NCBI GenBank assembly: GCA_964016885.1
Contig: OZ024741.1
Location: 391,840,001 to 391,904,000 of the forward strand
Reading direction: 5' to 3'
DNA from: Eledone cirrhosa
Taxonomy: Eukaryota
DNA: 64,000 nucleotides
The notes beneath the pieces are model-generated. The model had not been told where the DNA came from. It did not search any database and worked only from the letters and a program-made list of their open reading frames with translations. Positions 13,912 through 26,300 of this stretch are shown one piece after another. Position numbers and translations under genes: made by a program. Each line of letters opens with the position of its first letter. Within the stretch, counting starts at the first letter, position 1.

Positions 13912-14809
13912 AAACAGCCACATGAAACAAGTACCACCAATCTCTGGGCGGGCTCTGTAGAAACAGTAGACAGCTTCTGCTACCTAGGTGACCGAATTAG
14001 CAGCGGAGGTGGGTGTTCAGAAAGTACAATAACTAGGGTAAAAACGGGATGGAAGAAGTTCAGAGAACTACTGCCACTGCTAGCTGCAAAAGGCTTTTCC
14101 CTCAAAATGAAAGGCAGACTGTATGATGCGTGTATACAAACAGCAATGTTATATGGCAGTGACACCTGGGCGCTGAAGGTGGAAGACTTACGTAGATTAG
14201 AAAGAAACAAAGCCTGCATGCTCCGATGGATGTGTAATAGTAATATACGCGAACGGCAAAGCATAAATGAATTGAGAGAGAGACTGAGCATAAGAGGAAT
14301 CAAATGCTGTATGCAGGAGAGGCGGTTGCGTTAGTATGGACATGTGATGCGTATGAAGGATGACAGCTGCATAAAAACGTGCAGAGCACTAGAAGTCATT
14401 GGAAACCGCGGAGTGGGGAGACCCAAGAAGACCTGGGATGAGGTGATAAAAGCCAACCTTACCCAATTACACCTCTCAAAGGCGATGACACACGACCGTG
14501 ACCTCTGGCGTCATGCAGTAATACAGAGTACCCAACCTCCCACTGCAAAGTGGTCGAGGAGGTGCCACAGCAAAAAAGCACCCAGCCCACACTGTAAAGT
14601 GGACGTGTAGGTGCCACGGAAAAAGCACCCAGCACTCACTGTAAATGAGGTTGGTGTTAGGAAGGGCAACCAGCTGTAGAAATCAAGCCAAAATCAGTTC
14701 CCGTATGAGCAAGACAAGGTCAGCCGACCGGACACTGCCCACAACAGGACAACCCGTCTAACCGATGCTAGCATGGAAGAACGGACGTAAAACGGTGATG
14801 ATGATGATG
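13912..14809 (+). mobile_element. RTE LINE 3' fragment (copy B), inverted relative to copy A
   Basis: Encodes KQPHETSTTNLW..FCYLGD..GRPKKTW, close to copy A, followed by the 3' UTR and (GAT)n tail. The 5' junction is in (TA)n. Confidence 0.95.
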
Positions 14810-15096
14810 TTTATTTCAATAATAATGATGATGATGATGATATATATATCTATATATATAAAGGGAAGATGGACATTGTTTAGTGTACCGAACTTGCCTG
14901 CTACACCGTTCATCCAATTTTCATGAAACCTCACACATATATGAAACTCAACGCGTAGAGTGGAATAGGCTACTTGAAATTTTCGATAATCGGGCCCTAT
15001 GACAGAATGTTTTTCGATTCCAATGAAATTTTATGTGAATTCGAACACAAGAACTCTTAGTTTACATCTGGCGCAATAAAAATAAATTTCATATGC

Positions 15097-15124
15097 CCAT
15101 ATAAGGACGTGCGTTATTGATTGG
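15097..15124 (+). promoter_or_regulatory. CArG box (CCATATAAGG) plus inverted CCAAT (ATTGG) inside the Helitron, putative
   Basis: Exact CC(A/T)6GG at 15097-15106 and ATTGG at 15120-15124. Motif match only; no functional evidence. Confidence 0.3.
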
Positions 15125-15907
15125 ACGGCCAGCTGCATGTCTTCCCAGCTGTCTCAGTAAACGACCGACCATTAAAGAGTTTCTTTTCATATTCCACCTT
15201 ATTCAAGTGGAAATACAGTATTATCCCTATCTGAAAAGGGAACTAAATTTAATGGTGTCTTTTGTGAACCTAAAAGCTGTGAGTAAATTTTCAAACAGTC
15301 TTAAATAATCATGCTTTTTGAAAAAAAAATTACTAAATAATACATTGAGCAGGTTGTGTTGTACACATACAATACAAGTAAAAAAATTTACGTTGTACCA
15401 ATGTTTTCCTTTTTTAAACAAAAGATTCTAAAAAATTACTTAATTTATAATAGTCTTTTGCACAGGAAGTGAGTAACTTTTCGGGTGTTTAAATGGAAGT
15501 TCACCAGGGTTTGTGTCTTCATTATTAGCCCACCTCTAATGGCATTTTTTGTTCTGCTTACGACTAAATGTAATGAGCGTATTTGCAATTAATTGCGCAC
15601 ACGTGCACACCTGCATGCAGATAGACACTGACAGCTAATAAAAAATCGATAACTTGCTTATTAAGATATCGGTCAAAAAGAGAGATTGAATGTACTTTAG
15701 AACATTTTTTGAATATATTGTTCTTTTTGGCATATGTCAGAAATATAGCTACTATACACTTTGGTTATTTTTTGTAACTAAAAAACGGTTCCTTTTGGGT
15801 GGATACTTAACGAGAAAAATCCTAGGGTTTTGGACAAGTTTGTTTCAGGCGCTGTATAGACGCCTATTTTGTCACACCTTGGTCATGAATTCGTATTCTT
15901 TTCCAAT

Positions 15908-16164
15908 AGATATTTTCCGCTCTATAAGGCTCACCAGGATATAAGGCATATCATTTAAAATCAGGTCCGCGCAACGGCGTGTAAGGCCAACCAGAAAATG
16001 CTATCTTCTTTACTTTTAGTCTAGATCTATTACTTCTGTTAGAGCCGTGATTGATTACCATTGTATTATTTATACATAAGGCTCACCGGAGTATAAAGCG
16101 CAGAGCTGTTTTTTGATTAAATTTAATTATTTTAAGTGCAATTTATAGACGGGAAAATTCGGTA
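15908..16164. mobile_element. pogo/Tigger-like MITE remnant nested in the Helitron
   Basis: Imperfect TIRs TATTTTCCGCTCTATAAG ... TTTATAGACGGGAAAATTCGGTA, and an internally repeated TAAGGCTCACC motif. Confidence 0.45.
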
Positions 16165-16286
16165 AGTTATTGTAATCATATTTCCAAACCTTCCCATTCA
16201 CCAGTAACCATGCTAACGAATCTGGTGTCATCTCTCTCTGTATTTAATCACCTCTCTCTAACCTAACAGCTTCGTTACACGTCGTT

Positions 16287-16845
16287 ATGCCCACACGGAA
16301 ACGTTCAAGACTTACCTCCAAAAAAGGTACAGCTATTGCTTTGAGACAACGAATTAGGCGTTCTCAGGTATGAGTTCATTCACAATTGATTAATCCTTTA
16401 TGCAATATTCTCCCTTAATGTTAGCAAGTACTGCGTTTATCCTAACTGTCACCACTTTTAAGCAACTACAACATTCTAATCGTAGTTATATTAAATTTAT
16501 TGTCTTACCTTGATTCCCTTTTGTTCATGTTAGACTTTTCTCATTTACTATTGACACTGCCATTGGCTTAGCTAACCAGTAGAATTAATTAATTTTCTCT
16601 AGGAAACACCTGCTGAGCGCAAATTTCGACTCGCTGATAGACGTCTTTCCCGGCTGGTTGAGTCCCCAACATCACGTACGACAAGGCTTGCTGATGTTCG
16701 CCTTCGTCGCCAACAAGCGCTGACGGAGGAATCACCAACATCCCGTCAGACGAGGCTTGAGGCTGTGGCAAAGGGCAATAACCCTAGATACAATTTTGAT
16801 CAACTTTTTTTCACCTATAGCAAATTTACCGGGACAGGTTTTTAG
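16287..16845 (+). CDS. spliced 107-aa STPR-repeat protein (Helitron N-terminus-derived); exons 16287-16367, 16603-16845
   Basis: MPTRKRSRLTSKKGTAIALRQRIRRSQ|gtatga...gctaac...ttttctctag|ETPAERKFRLADRRLSRLV-ESPTSRTTRLADVRLRRQQALTE-ESPTSRQTRLEAVAKG...GTGF*. Phase-0 GT-AG intron, no internal stops, AATAAA at 16890. Confidence 0.6.
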
Positions 16846-17633
16846 CTACTCAAATCTACTTCAGAGATCACGCATTGATGTAAAATATCAATAAAACTGA
16901 AGCGGGGCTCAACTTTGCGCAAAAAAACAAGGCAAAGTTACACATGGGAAAACTTTTTACAGGAACGTCCTATATTCTTGAAAACTGTCACAAAAGACTC
17001 GCCATTATGCCGCGGTTAAGATAAAGGGCCTTTTAATTCTTCTTCTGCACATGTGAGCGCAAAAATTGTAAAAAAAAAAAAACCTGAAAGTAATCGACAT
17101 TTTCACCCTGCTTTAAATTAACTGAACATTCAATATCAAGCGATTTTGACTTCCGTCGGTCGTGCAGAGAACAATTTCAACGATACACTGTGTAACTACA
17201 ATTAATAAATTACACACCTGTGTCTACTAACCTATTTTTTCCATTGAAGTTCGAAGTTTTGAACCTGTGATGCGCGGGAAGTAACTTTCACACATTCTAA
17301 CAGACCAAAGGTCGACTTACACCCGGGCAACGCCGGGTACTTTTGCTAGTACATATATATATATATATATATAAATGCAGACGTAAAAGCGATGATGATA
17401 TATGTATCTATCTCTCTATCTTTCTCTCTCTCTCTCTCTCTCTATAATACATATATATATAGAGAGAGAGAGATATACACTGTAAATGTGGTTGGCGTTA
17501 GCTGTAAAAACAAACCCTAAATCAGTTCTATATGAGCAAGACATGGCCATTGGACCTGGTTTGTCTCACAACGGGACAACTCGTCTAACTCATGCTAGCG
17601 TGGACATTAAACGGTGATGATGATATATATATA

Positions 17634-17795
17634 CATGAGGGTAGGCTGAAAAGTTCATAGGCTAAATATAAAAAAGTGATGCTAGAGCTGTGAAATCTTG
17701 CATGCATTAATGTCAGTGAGCAAAATCTATTCGTGAGACTAAGGAATTCAGATGTCAAGTTTGAACGTGATTGGTGTATTGGAGACAAATAGAGA
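17634..17795. mobile_element. mariner-derived MITE fragment
   Basis: TA-CATGAGGGTAGGCTGAAAAGTTC resembles the mariner TIR at 25315. A related body sequence lies at ~13790-13865. Confidence 0.4.
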
Positions 17796-18167
17796 AACAA
17801 GCCATTTTATATAAATATATATCATCATCATCATCGTTTAATGTCCACTTTCCCTGCTAGCAAGAGTTGGACGGGTTTACATAGACCAAGTACTGAAGCT
17901 GGGCTACAGAGCCTTCCAGAAAGGCCAGGGGGTTTGGATGCCACAAACTAATCGAGTGCACAGGGAGGGTTGTTATGTTTTTGACACAGCCGAAGGGTCC
18001 TCCTAACCCTTTGTTTGGCAGGCTTTCTACGGCTGGATGCCTTTCCTATCATCAACCACTTTACAGTGTGTACTAAGTGCGTTTACAGTGAAGATCACCA
18101 ACACTAGGAAGTCTGTCATGTCATTGACATAACTGAAGGGTCCTCCCAATATATATATAAGTTTTAC

Positions 18168-18272
18168 CTAGATAATTCACAGCAAACTGCATCTCAAATT
18201 TTTCAGTAGATAATGATTTGGGACACATCATCACACCAGCATTATTGACAAGGATGTGCAACTGAGATTCAC
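18168..18272 (-). CDS. RDH-like SDR coding exon 4
   Basis: ttttgcag|(C)[34 protein letters not shown](G)|gtaaaa; 105 bp. Confidence 0.93.
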
Positions 18273-18704
18273 CTGCAAAAACAACCACACCTGAATCAGT
18301 ATTAATAGCAACAAAAAAAGTACATTATTTTAGATATAGACATTTCAAATATGATGTATTAATATTAAGTGCAGCATACATGCATGCACGCATACACACA
18401 CACACTGTAAAGTGGTTGTGGTAGTGACATGACAAAAAGTGCCCAGACCACACTGTAAAGTGGTCATGTAGGCATCACAACAAAACGTACCCAGTCCACA
18501 CTCTAAGGTGGTAGTGTAGATATCGTGACAAAAAGCACCCAGTACACACTGTAATAAATGTGGTTGGCATTAAGAAGGGCATCCAACCATAGAAACCAAG
18601 CCCAAATTAGTTCTGTGTGAGCAAAATACGGTCCTCGAATCTGGCTGTCTCACAACGAGACAACTCATCTAACCCATGCTAGGATGGAAAATGGACATTA
18701 AATG

Positions 18705-18756
<52 letters not shown>

Positions 18757-19288
18757 GTTATATATATGTATATATATAAATATATATATACATATATATA
18801 TATATGTATATAGTTATATATATATGTATATATATAAATATATATATACATATATATATATATACGTATATATATACATATATATATATAACGACCGTGA
18901 CTTCTGGCGTCACGCAGTAATACAGGGTACCCGACCTCCCATGGGTACATGCTGAAGCATATAAACAATATGCCCCCCCCCCCCCACCGCAAGGTGGTCG
19001 TAGAGGTGCCACGGCAAAAAAGCACCCAGCCCACACTGTAAAGTGGACGTGTAGGCGCCACGAAAAAGCACCCAGCACTCACTGTAAATGAGGTTGGTGT
19101 TAGGAAGGGCATCCAGCTGTAGAAATCAAGCCAGATCAGTTCCTGTATGAGCAAGGCATGGTCAGCCGACCAGACACTGCCCACAACAGGACAACCCGTC
19201 TAACCCATGCTAGCGTGGAAGAACGGACGTAAAACGGTGATGATGATGATGATGATACATATATATATATATATACGTATATATATAC

Positions 19289-19323
<35 letters not shown>

Positions 19324-19362
19324 CATATATATACATATATATATATACATATATATATATAC

Positions 19363-19427
<65 letters not shown>

Positions 19428-19523
19428 CATATATATACATATACATATATATATATATATACATATATATATACACATAAATACATATATATATATATAT
19501 ATATATACATATATAAATATACA

Positions 19524-19563
<40 letters not shown>

Positions 19564-19634
19564 CATATATAAATATACATATATATACATATATATATAT
19601 ATATATACATATATATACATATATATATACACAC

Positions 19635-19680
<46 letters not shown>

Positions 19681-21181
19681 ACGTCACCATTATCACCATT
19701 TTACGTCAATTTTCCACGCTAGCATGGGTTAAACGGGTTGTTCTGTTGTAGACAATGCTAGGTGAGGTGACCATGTCTTGCTCATACAGAACTGATTTGG
19801 GCTTGATTTCTACAGCTGGATGCTCTTCCTAACACCAACCTCATTTACAGTGAGTACTGGGTGCTTTTTTGTCAAGTCACCAGTACGACTACGTTACAGT
19901 GTGGACTGGGTGTCTTTTGTTGTGTCACCATATATATATGGACATGTGATGCGCATGGAGGATGACCGATGGGTGAAGAAGTGCCAAGAAATGCCAGTAG
20001 AGGTAGACCACGAAAAACATGGGCGGAGGTGGTGAGAGCAGACCTCAGATCGCTGAAGCTCACCAAGGAGATGACAAAGGACCGTGACAAGTGGAGAGAT
20101 GCTGTGCTGAATAGGACCCGTCCCACCCTTGCAAGCAGGGGAAAAGCGGACATAAAATGATGATGATGATATATATGTATATATACATATGTACATATAT
20201 ATATCATCATCTTCATCACCATAATTTTACATTCACTTTTCTCTGCTTGCAATAGTGGACAGGTCATCTTCAACACAGCATCCCTCCACCCCTCACGCTC
20301 CTTGGTCATGTACTCTGTGAGCTTCAGCAATCTGAGGTCAGCTCTCACCACCTCCGCCCATATTTTCTGTGGTCTTCCTTCCACTGTGATTACCTGGCAC
20401 TTCTTCACCCAACAGTCATCATCCATGCGCATCACATGGCCATACCAACATAGTCTTCTCTCCTATACATTACAGCTTATTCCTTTTATACACAGTTTCT
20501 CTGTCAACTCGTTCATGCTTGGTCATTCATGCATATTGACATTGCACATCCATGGAAGCATACTTGCTTCATTTCTCTCCAGCCTTCGCATATCCTCCAC
20601 AGCAGTTGCTGCCCATGTCTCACTACCATGCAGCATCGCACATCTCACAGGCATCATACAACTGACCTTTCGTTCGTAGGGAGAAACCCTTCGTTGTCAA
20701 CAGAGGAGGCGGCTCCCTAAACTTCTTCCATCCTGTCCTTATTCTAGATACATTGGCCTCAGAGCATCCTCCTTCCTTGCTAATTTTATCACTTAGATAT
20801 CGGTAGCTATCAACCACCTCTAGAGATCCTACCTGCATTTGAAAAATGTGCTTATCACTAACACTTCTACTATCAATTTTCCCTGAACATTACTACATAC
20901 AAAGTTTTCCTTTCCTGTTAGTTTGCCTGCTATCCCACTATACCTCTTCTGTACCCAAGATCTCCATTGTGTACATTGTATAGAGTTTATGTTATGCCAA
21001 CTACCTTTGTGCATATCAAGCATGGCCATTTCCCCAATGAAATCAGAGTCTTGACTTTTTTCCTACTTATCAATATTTTAGTCTTTGTTAGGTTCACTCT
21101 CAGTCCTTTTGATTCTAACTGCTGTTTCCACCACTGGAATTTATTCTCTAGCTCCTCTACTGATTCTGCTATAAGTACCAG

Positions 21182-21237
<56 letters not shown>

Positions 21238-23326
21238 TAGACCTGTTTTTTTCTCGAAAAAAATTTTTTATTTGTGCCAATCTTTCTATTTCTTCTTTAA
21301 TTTCTTATTAAGATTCTTTTCCTACTATATCAAGCATAAAACTAATATTATTTCTTCATTGTACTGTGTCATTTGCTTTGTTATTTCTGTTTGCCTTTTG
21401 CACAAATCACCAATACAGACATACCCATCAGTCCCATCTACTAACAACTTCTAAGTACACCTTCATCTTGTACCTACTATGTACACACACACACACACAC
21501 ACACACAGATGCTACCACCACAGCTCTCTCCCATTCTGTGTGCAGCACATCTCCCAATTCCGCTCTGACATCATACAGCAACTCTCTCGACAACATTTCT
21601 GGACCGGATTATAAGTGAATATTTCGACATACACACATACAAACATATCCATACATAAACATACACACACTCACTCACTCTCACACACAACATTTTTCCA
21701 CTACTGACATATACACAGTCCCAACAAACTCGTGGATATACACCTAGACACAGTCAGACGACACGTGAAAATACACACACACACACTCACTCATCTGACA
21801 CACGCGTAAAAATACACACTCATATGCATAGAAACAATAGAAAAAAGTCACCTACACACAAACACATGCACACAGACATACCCAAATCATACACACTCAA
21901 ATACATAGAAACAACAGAAACAGCCCCATACACACACATGCAGAAAAAACAAAGAACTCACAGACATATACTCACACACAACAATATAAAACTCTTAGAC
22001 ACCCTCATTTTCACACACACCAACCAATTTCATCCCTTCGGCACACACACACTACCACACCCATGACACCCCTGGACCCGCCACTTTGGTCTCCACCCCC
22101 CCAATGCCGAACACCATGCCTATCTCCTCCCAACACCCTTTTCCTAACTTTCACACACTACTTTCATGTACCAAACGTTTCTGATCAAAAACTTTTGCTC
22201 AAAACGTCAAACTCTCCTCCATTTCCTCTAAGCGTGAACCTAATATGATTTTGTATTTTTGCATCCCTGTGTTTGTTTTGTTTCTTTTATCAACTCTATT
22301 TCTATATATATATACACACATTAATAATATATATAATATATACCACAATTCATGATTCACTAAAAAAGTTAAAAATAATCAAAACAAAAAGTTACATTTT
22401 TTAAATTCTCCAACAAACTTTCGAACAGAATCAAGTGAGCTAAGATCACAGTGTAACGCTGTCACATTGATATTGTCTGCTGACTTTTGTATCTCTTTGG
22501 CAATTTTCTGGCCAGCTTCAATATTCCGACAGGCCATTACAACACGAGCACCTGAAAATAGAATATGTGAGAAACCATGCTACAAAGGGGTTGAAAGGGT
22601 TCTTTAGTCCTGTCAAGAGCACAACAATCTCTCTAGTGTTGGTGATATGATAAATAGCACCCAGTATACTGTAAAGCAGTTGATGATCGGAAGGTCATCC
22701 AACCATAGAAAACTTACCAAATAAAGAGCAGAGAGGACTCTTCAATTGTGTCAAAGTTGGGCTGACCTCTCTAGTGCAGGTGCCATGATAAAATGCACAG
22801 CACAGTCTTTAGAGTGCCTGAAAGTATGTAAGCAAGCTATAAATACTGTTGCATAAGGTCAATGAAACTGGGATATGCTCCAGCCTGATGAACTTTTTGC
22901 CTTGGAACAGACCTTATGCTTTTTCTAACAGGCAAAAGGAAGATGATTCTTCATTTATACACATTCAATACCAAGCAGCCTATGACCGCCTCTGCATCTA
23001 AAACTATCCAATTTTAAAATGCTCATCATCATCATCATCATCAACAGCAGTAGCTTTAGATCCAGTTTGCTATGCTGGAATGAGTTGGATGAGACTTTTT
23101 GAGGCAGAATTCTACAGCCAGATGCACTTTCTGAAGCCAACCATCATTTGTTTTGTTTTGTTTTTTAATGTACAGTAATGGTCTTTGAGTGTCTAAACAT
23201 GAAACAGTGACAACTATGTTTATGCAGAACATAAACAAATATCATCCATTGTCTGTGATGTTGAATGCAAAGGGAAGACAAGAAAAACACTCAAACACAT
23301 ATGCACACAGACACAGATGTACACAG

Positions 23327-23369
<43 letters not shown>

Positions 23370-26300
23370 CACGTGTTTGCATGCTTGTGTGTATGTTTAT
23401 GTATGCATTGGTCACTTTAATATTTACCCAATGTTTAATGATGTTAGAGCTTAATTGCTATAAATTATCATTTTGTCTTGTCTCTTACTCCATGGACAAT
23501 GCTTTGGCTTGTGTCAGACAGTGCCCCAGGGTGGACCATTGGTAGGGGGTTAAAATTGCCAAAGTCCATTTTAATGGCAGAAGGCCCTGGTGTTCTATGT
23601 CTTTCGTTTGTATTTTTATTCTCAAAAAATAATTTTTTAAGGTTTCACCTTTAAAAAATTGTCTTTTGTTTTGCCTTGTTTTTGTTTGTTGTCTTGTCAT
23701 TTCTTTGTTAATTTTCCTAAGATTATTATTACTAATCTGTGACGTACTTGCTTTCTCTTCTCCTCCCAATAATCTTAATTTAACATGATATCTTACTTTC
23801 TTCTTCTTGCCTTTTTCCTTTTTCTTTCTTTTCTTTTGTTTGTCCCCAAAACTTTCATGCTATAAAAATCACAATAGCTTCTCCCTGATGTCACATAAAA
23901 TTCTATGTGTACATGTTATAGCTTAATAAGTTATCATTTTGTCTTGCCTCTTACTCCATGGACAGTGCTTTGGCTTGTGTCAGATGCTGTGACCCCAAAT
24001 GAACCAGCAATACCATTGGTGGGGGTCGAAACTGCCAAAATCCATCTCAACGTGAAGACCCTGGAGCTCTGTCTTTTCAAAAAATAATTTTTTAAGGTTT
24101 CCCCTTCAAAAAATGTGGTGCAGTAAATAAATATATACATATACACCAGGTCCGAACACATCCCTCAAACTCTCCCCATCTATCACCATGAGAGCAAATG
24201 GGGGCCCATGCCTTGGCTGCCCTGACAGACAGAATAGAGAAGGTGTTTCCCCGGAGGATGGTGAAGGAGACGCGCTAGAAGAGCCATTCCAGCTCGCGAG
24301 GCTCACACCTGCGGCTTGTCAACTCTGTGCCAATGGTGGTCAGTAGGGAGGTGGTCCTAGGGCCAAGGACACCATTAATTGGTTTTCGTTTTGCCTTGTT
24401 TTCATTTGATGTTTTGTTTTCTCATTGTTAAGTTTCCTAAGTTTATATATATATAGATTTATATATATACATATTTATATACATATATATATATATATCA
24501 TTTTACATCTGCTTTTCCCTGCTTTATGTAAATAAATTGCACCTCTCAAAGGTATTGACAGAGAACCAAGATCTCTGGCATTATGCAGTTTACAGAAAAC
24601 TAGACTTCCCAAAGGCACAGGCGGAGACCGAAGCATATATATAGTATGCACCACCCTACCCCACCCACACATCACCCATGAGGACAAGTGGAAGTATACA
24701 TCCAGTGAAGCCTCCAGACCACACTGTAAAGTGGTCATGATGGCAACACAACAAAAAACATCCAGCCCACACTGTAAAGTGGTCGCGATGGCGACACTAT
24801 AAAGTGGTCGTGTAAGTGTCACAGCAAAAAATACCCAGTCCACACTGTAAAGTGGCCATGTAGGCGTCATAACAAAAAGCACCCAGTACTCACTGTAAAT
24901 GAGGTTGGCACTAGGAAGGGCATCCAGCTGTAGAACCAAGCCAAAATTGGTTGTGTGTGAGCAAAACATGGTCACCTGACCTGGCATTGCTCACAATAGG
25001 ATAATTCATCTAACTCATGCCAGCGTGAAAACATGGACATTAAATGATGATGATGATGATGATATAGTCCTGGTGCCACAATAAAATGCATCCAGTACAT
25101 ACAAGGTGGCAGTGCTGGTACCATAAAGTTCCCCCAGTACACCTTGTAAAGCAGCTGGTGTTATGAAGGGCATCCAGTCATAGAAACCAGGCCAAATATG
25201 TAACGTGAACAAGATGAGGTTTCTCCAATCTCTCTAATCTCAGGCTATGACAATCCATCCAACCAATGCCAACATGGATGGTTGTACATAAAATTATATA
25301 TGTATATATATATACACTAGGGGCTGCTGAAAAATTCCTGGCTTTAAGGGTATCGCAAAAGGGTAAAGCTGTCAACTTTACAGGGGAGGTAGGACAACTA
25401 TTTAGGAGATATGCAAAAAATCATGATCGTATACAATATATCCTTCTCTTTATTGCAGATTTAATGCTTGATGGCAGCTCCTAAAGTGGATTTTGGTAAA
25501 ACTGAAGCATGAAAGGTCATGAAGTTCCTCTTCTTGCATGGTGAGATGAAGGAAATCTTGAAGGATGGCTGCCCATATTACTCCACAGTGAAAATCAGGG
25601 TGCCAAGGATTCGGACTGGTCATTTTGAGGTCACAGATGAACCTCAGTCAAGATGGCCAACTTCCGTGACCACGGAAGACAAAGCCAACACTGTGCATGT
25701 CATGACTCTTGAGGATTTCTGCTGGATATCAGCTAAAGTCTTTCCAGTGAAAGAATTGGCCATATCATCCACAATATTCTGAACATGAGAAAGCTTTCCA
25801 CAAAATGGATGCCAAAATGCCTGAACGCAGATCAGAAGTGCATCAGAGTGATAACATCAAATGTGATTTGGGACCAGTTTGAAGCGGGAGAGGCTGATTT
25901 TATGGCTCATTTACTCCACATGGACGAAACTTGGCTTCATCATTATGATCCATTGACCAAGCAGCAATCAATGGAGTGGCGCCACAGCAGTTCACCATGC
26001 TCCAAGAAGTTTCGGATCCAGAAGTCAGCTGGAAAGATTCTGGTTTCAATGTTCTGGGACAAAAATGGAGTACTCCTCATAAAATAGCTGCCAAAGGGTC
26101 AGTTGCACCATCAATGCAGAATACTACATGTCTCTGTTAAATGAACTGTGTGAAGCTTGAAGCAGAAATGTTGTGGAAAGCTAAACCGTGGTGTCCTGTT
26201 TTTGCAGGACAATGCACCAGCAAACACAGCACATGAAACTATGGAAAATATGCAACTTTGGCTTTGAATTGGTAAATCACCCACTTTACACTCCTGACTG

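Larger units (their letters stand above)
14849..17349 (+). mobile_element. non-autonomous Helitron (~2.5 kb)
   Basis: 5' end A|TCTATATATATAAAG. Subterminal hairpin ACCCGGGCAACGCCGGGT (17321-17338) is followed by 3' CTAG|T. Inserted between A and T with no TSD; internal STPR-type coding sequence. Confidence 0.85.

Noticed and set aside
16589-16771. Minus-strand 60-aa ORF as a captured host exon
   Set aside because: The opposite strand gives a better-supported spliced STPR-repeat frame.
18669-19699. Long YI/IY-rich ORFs
   Set aside because: Translation artefacts of (TA)n microsatellites.
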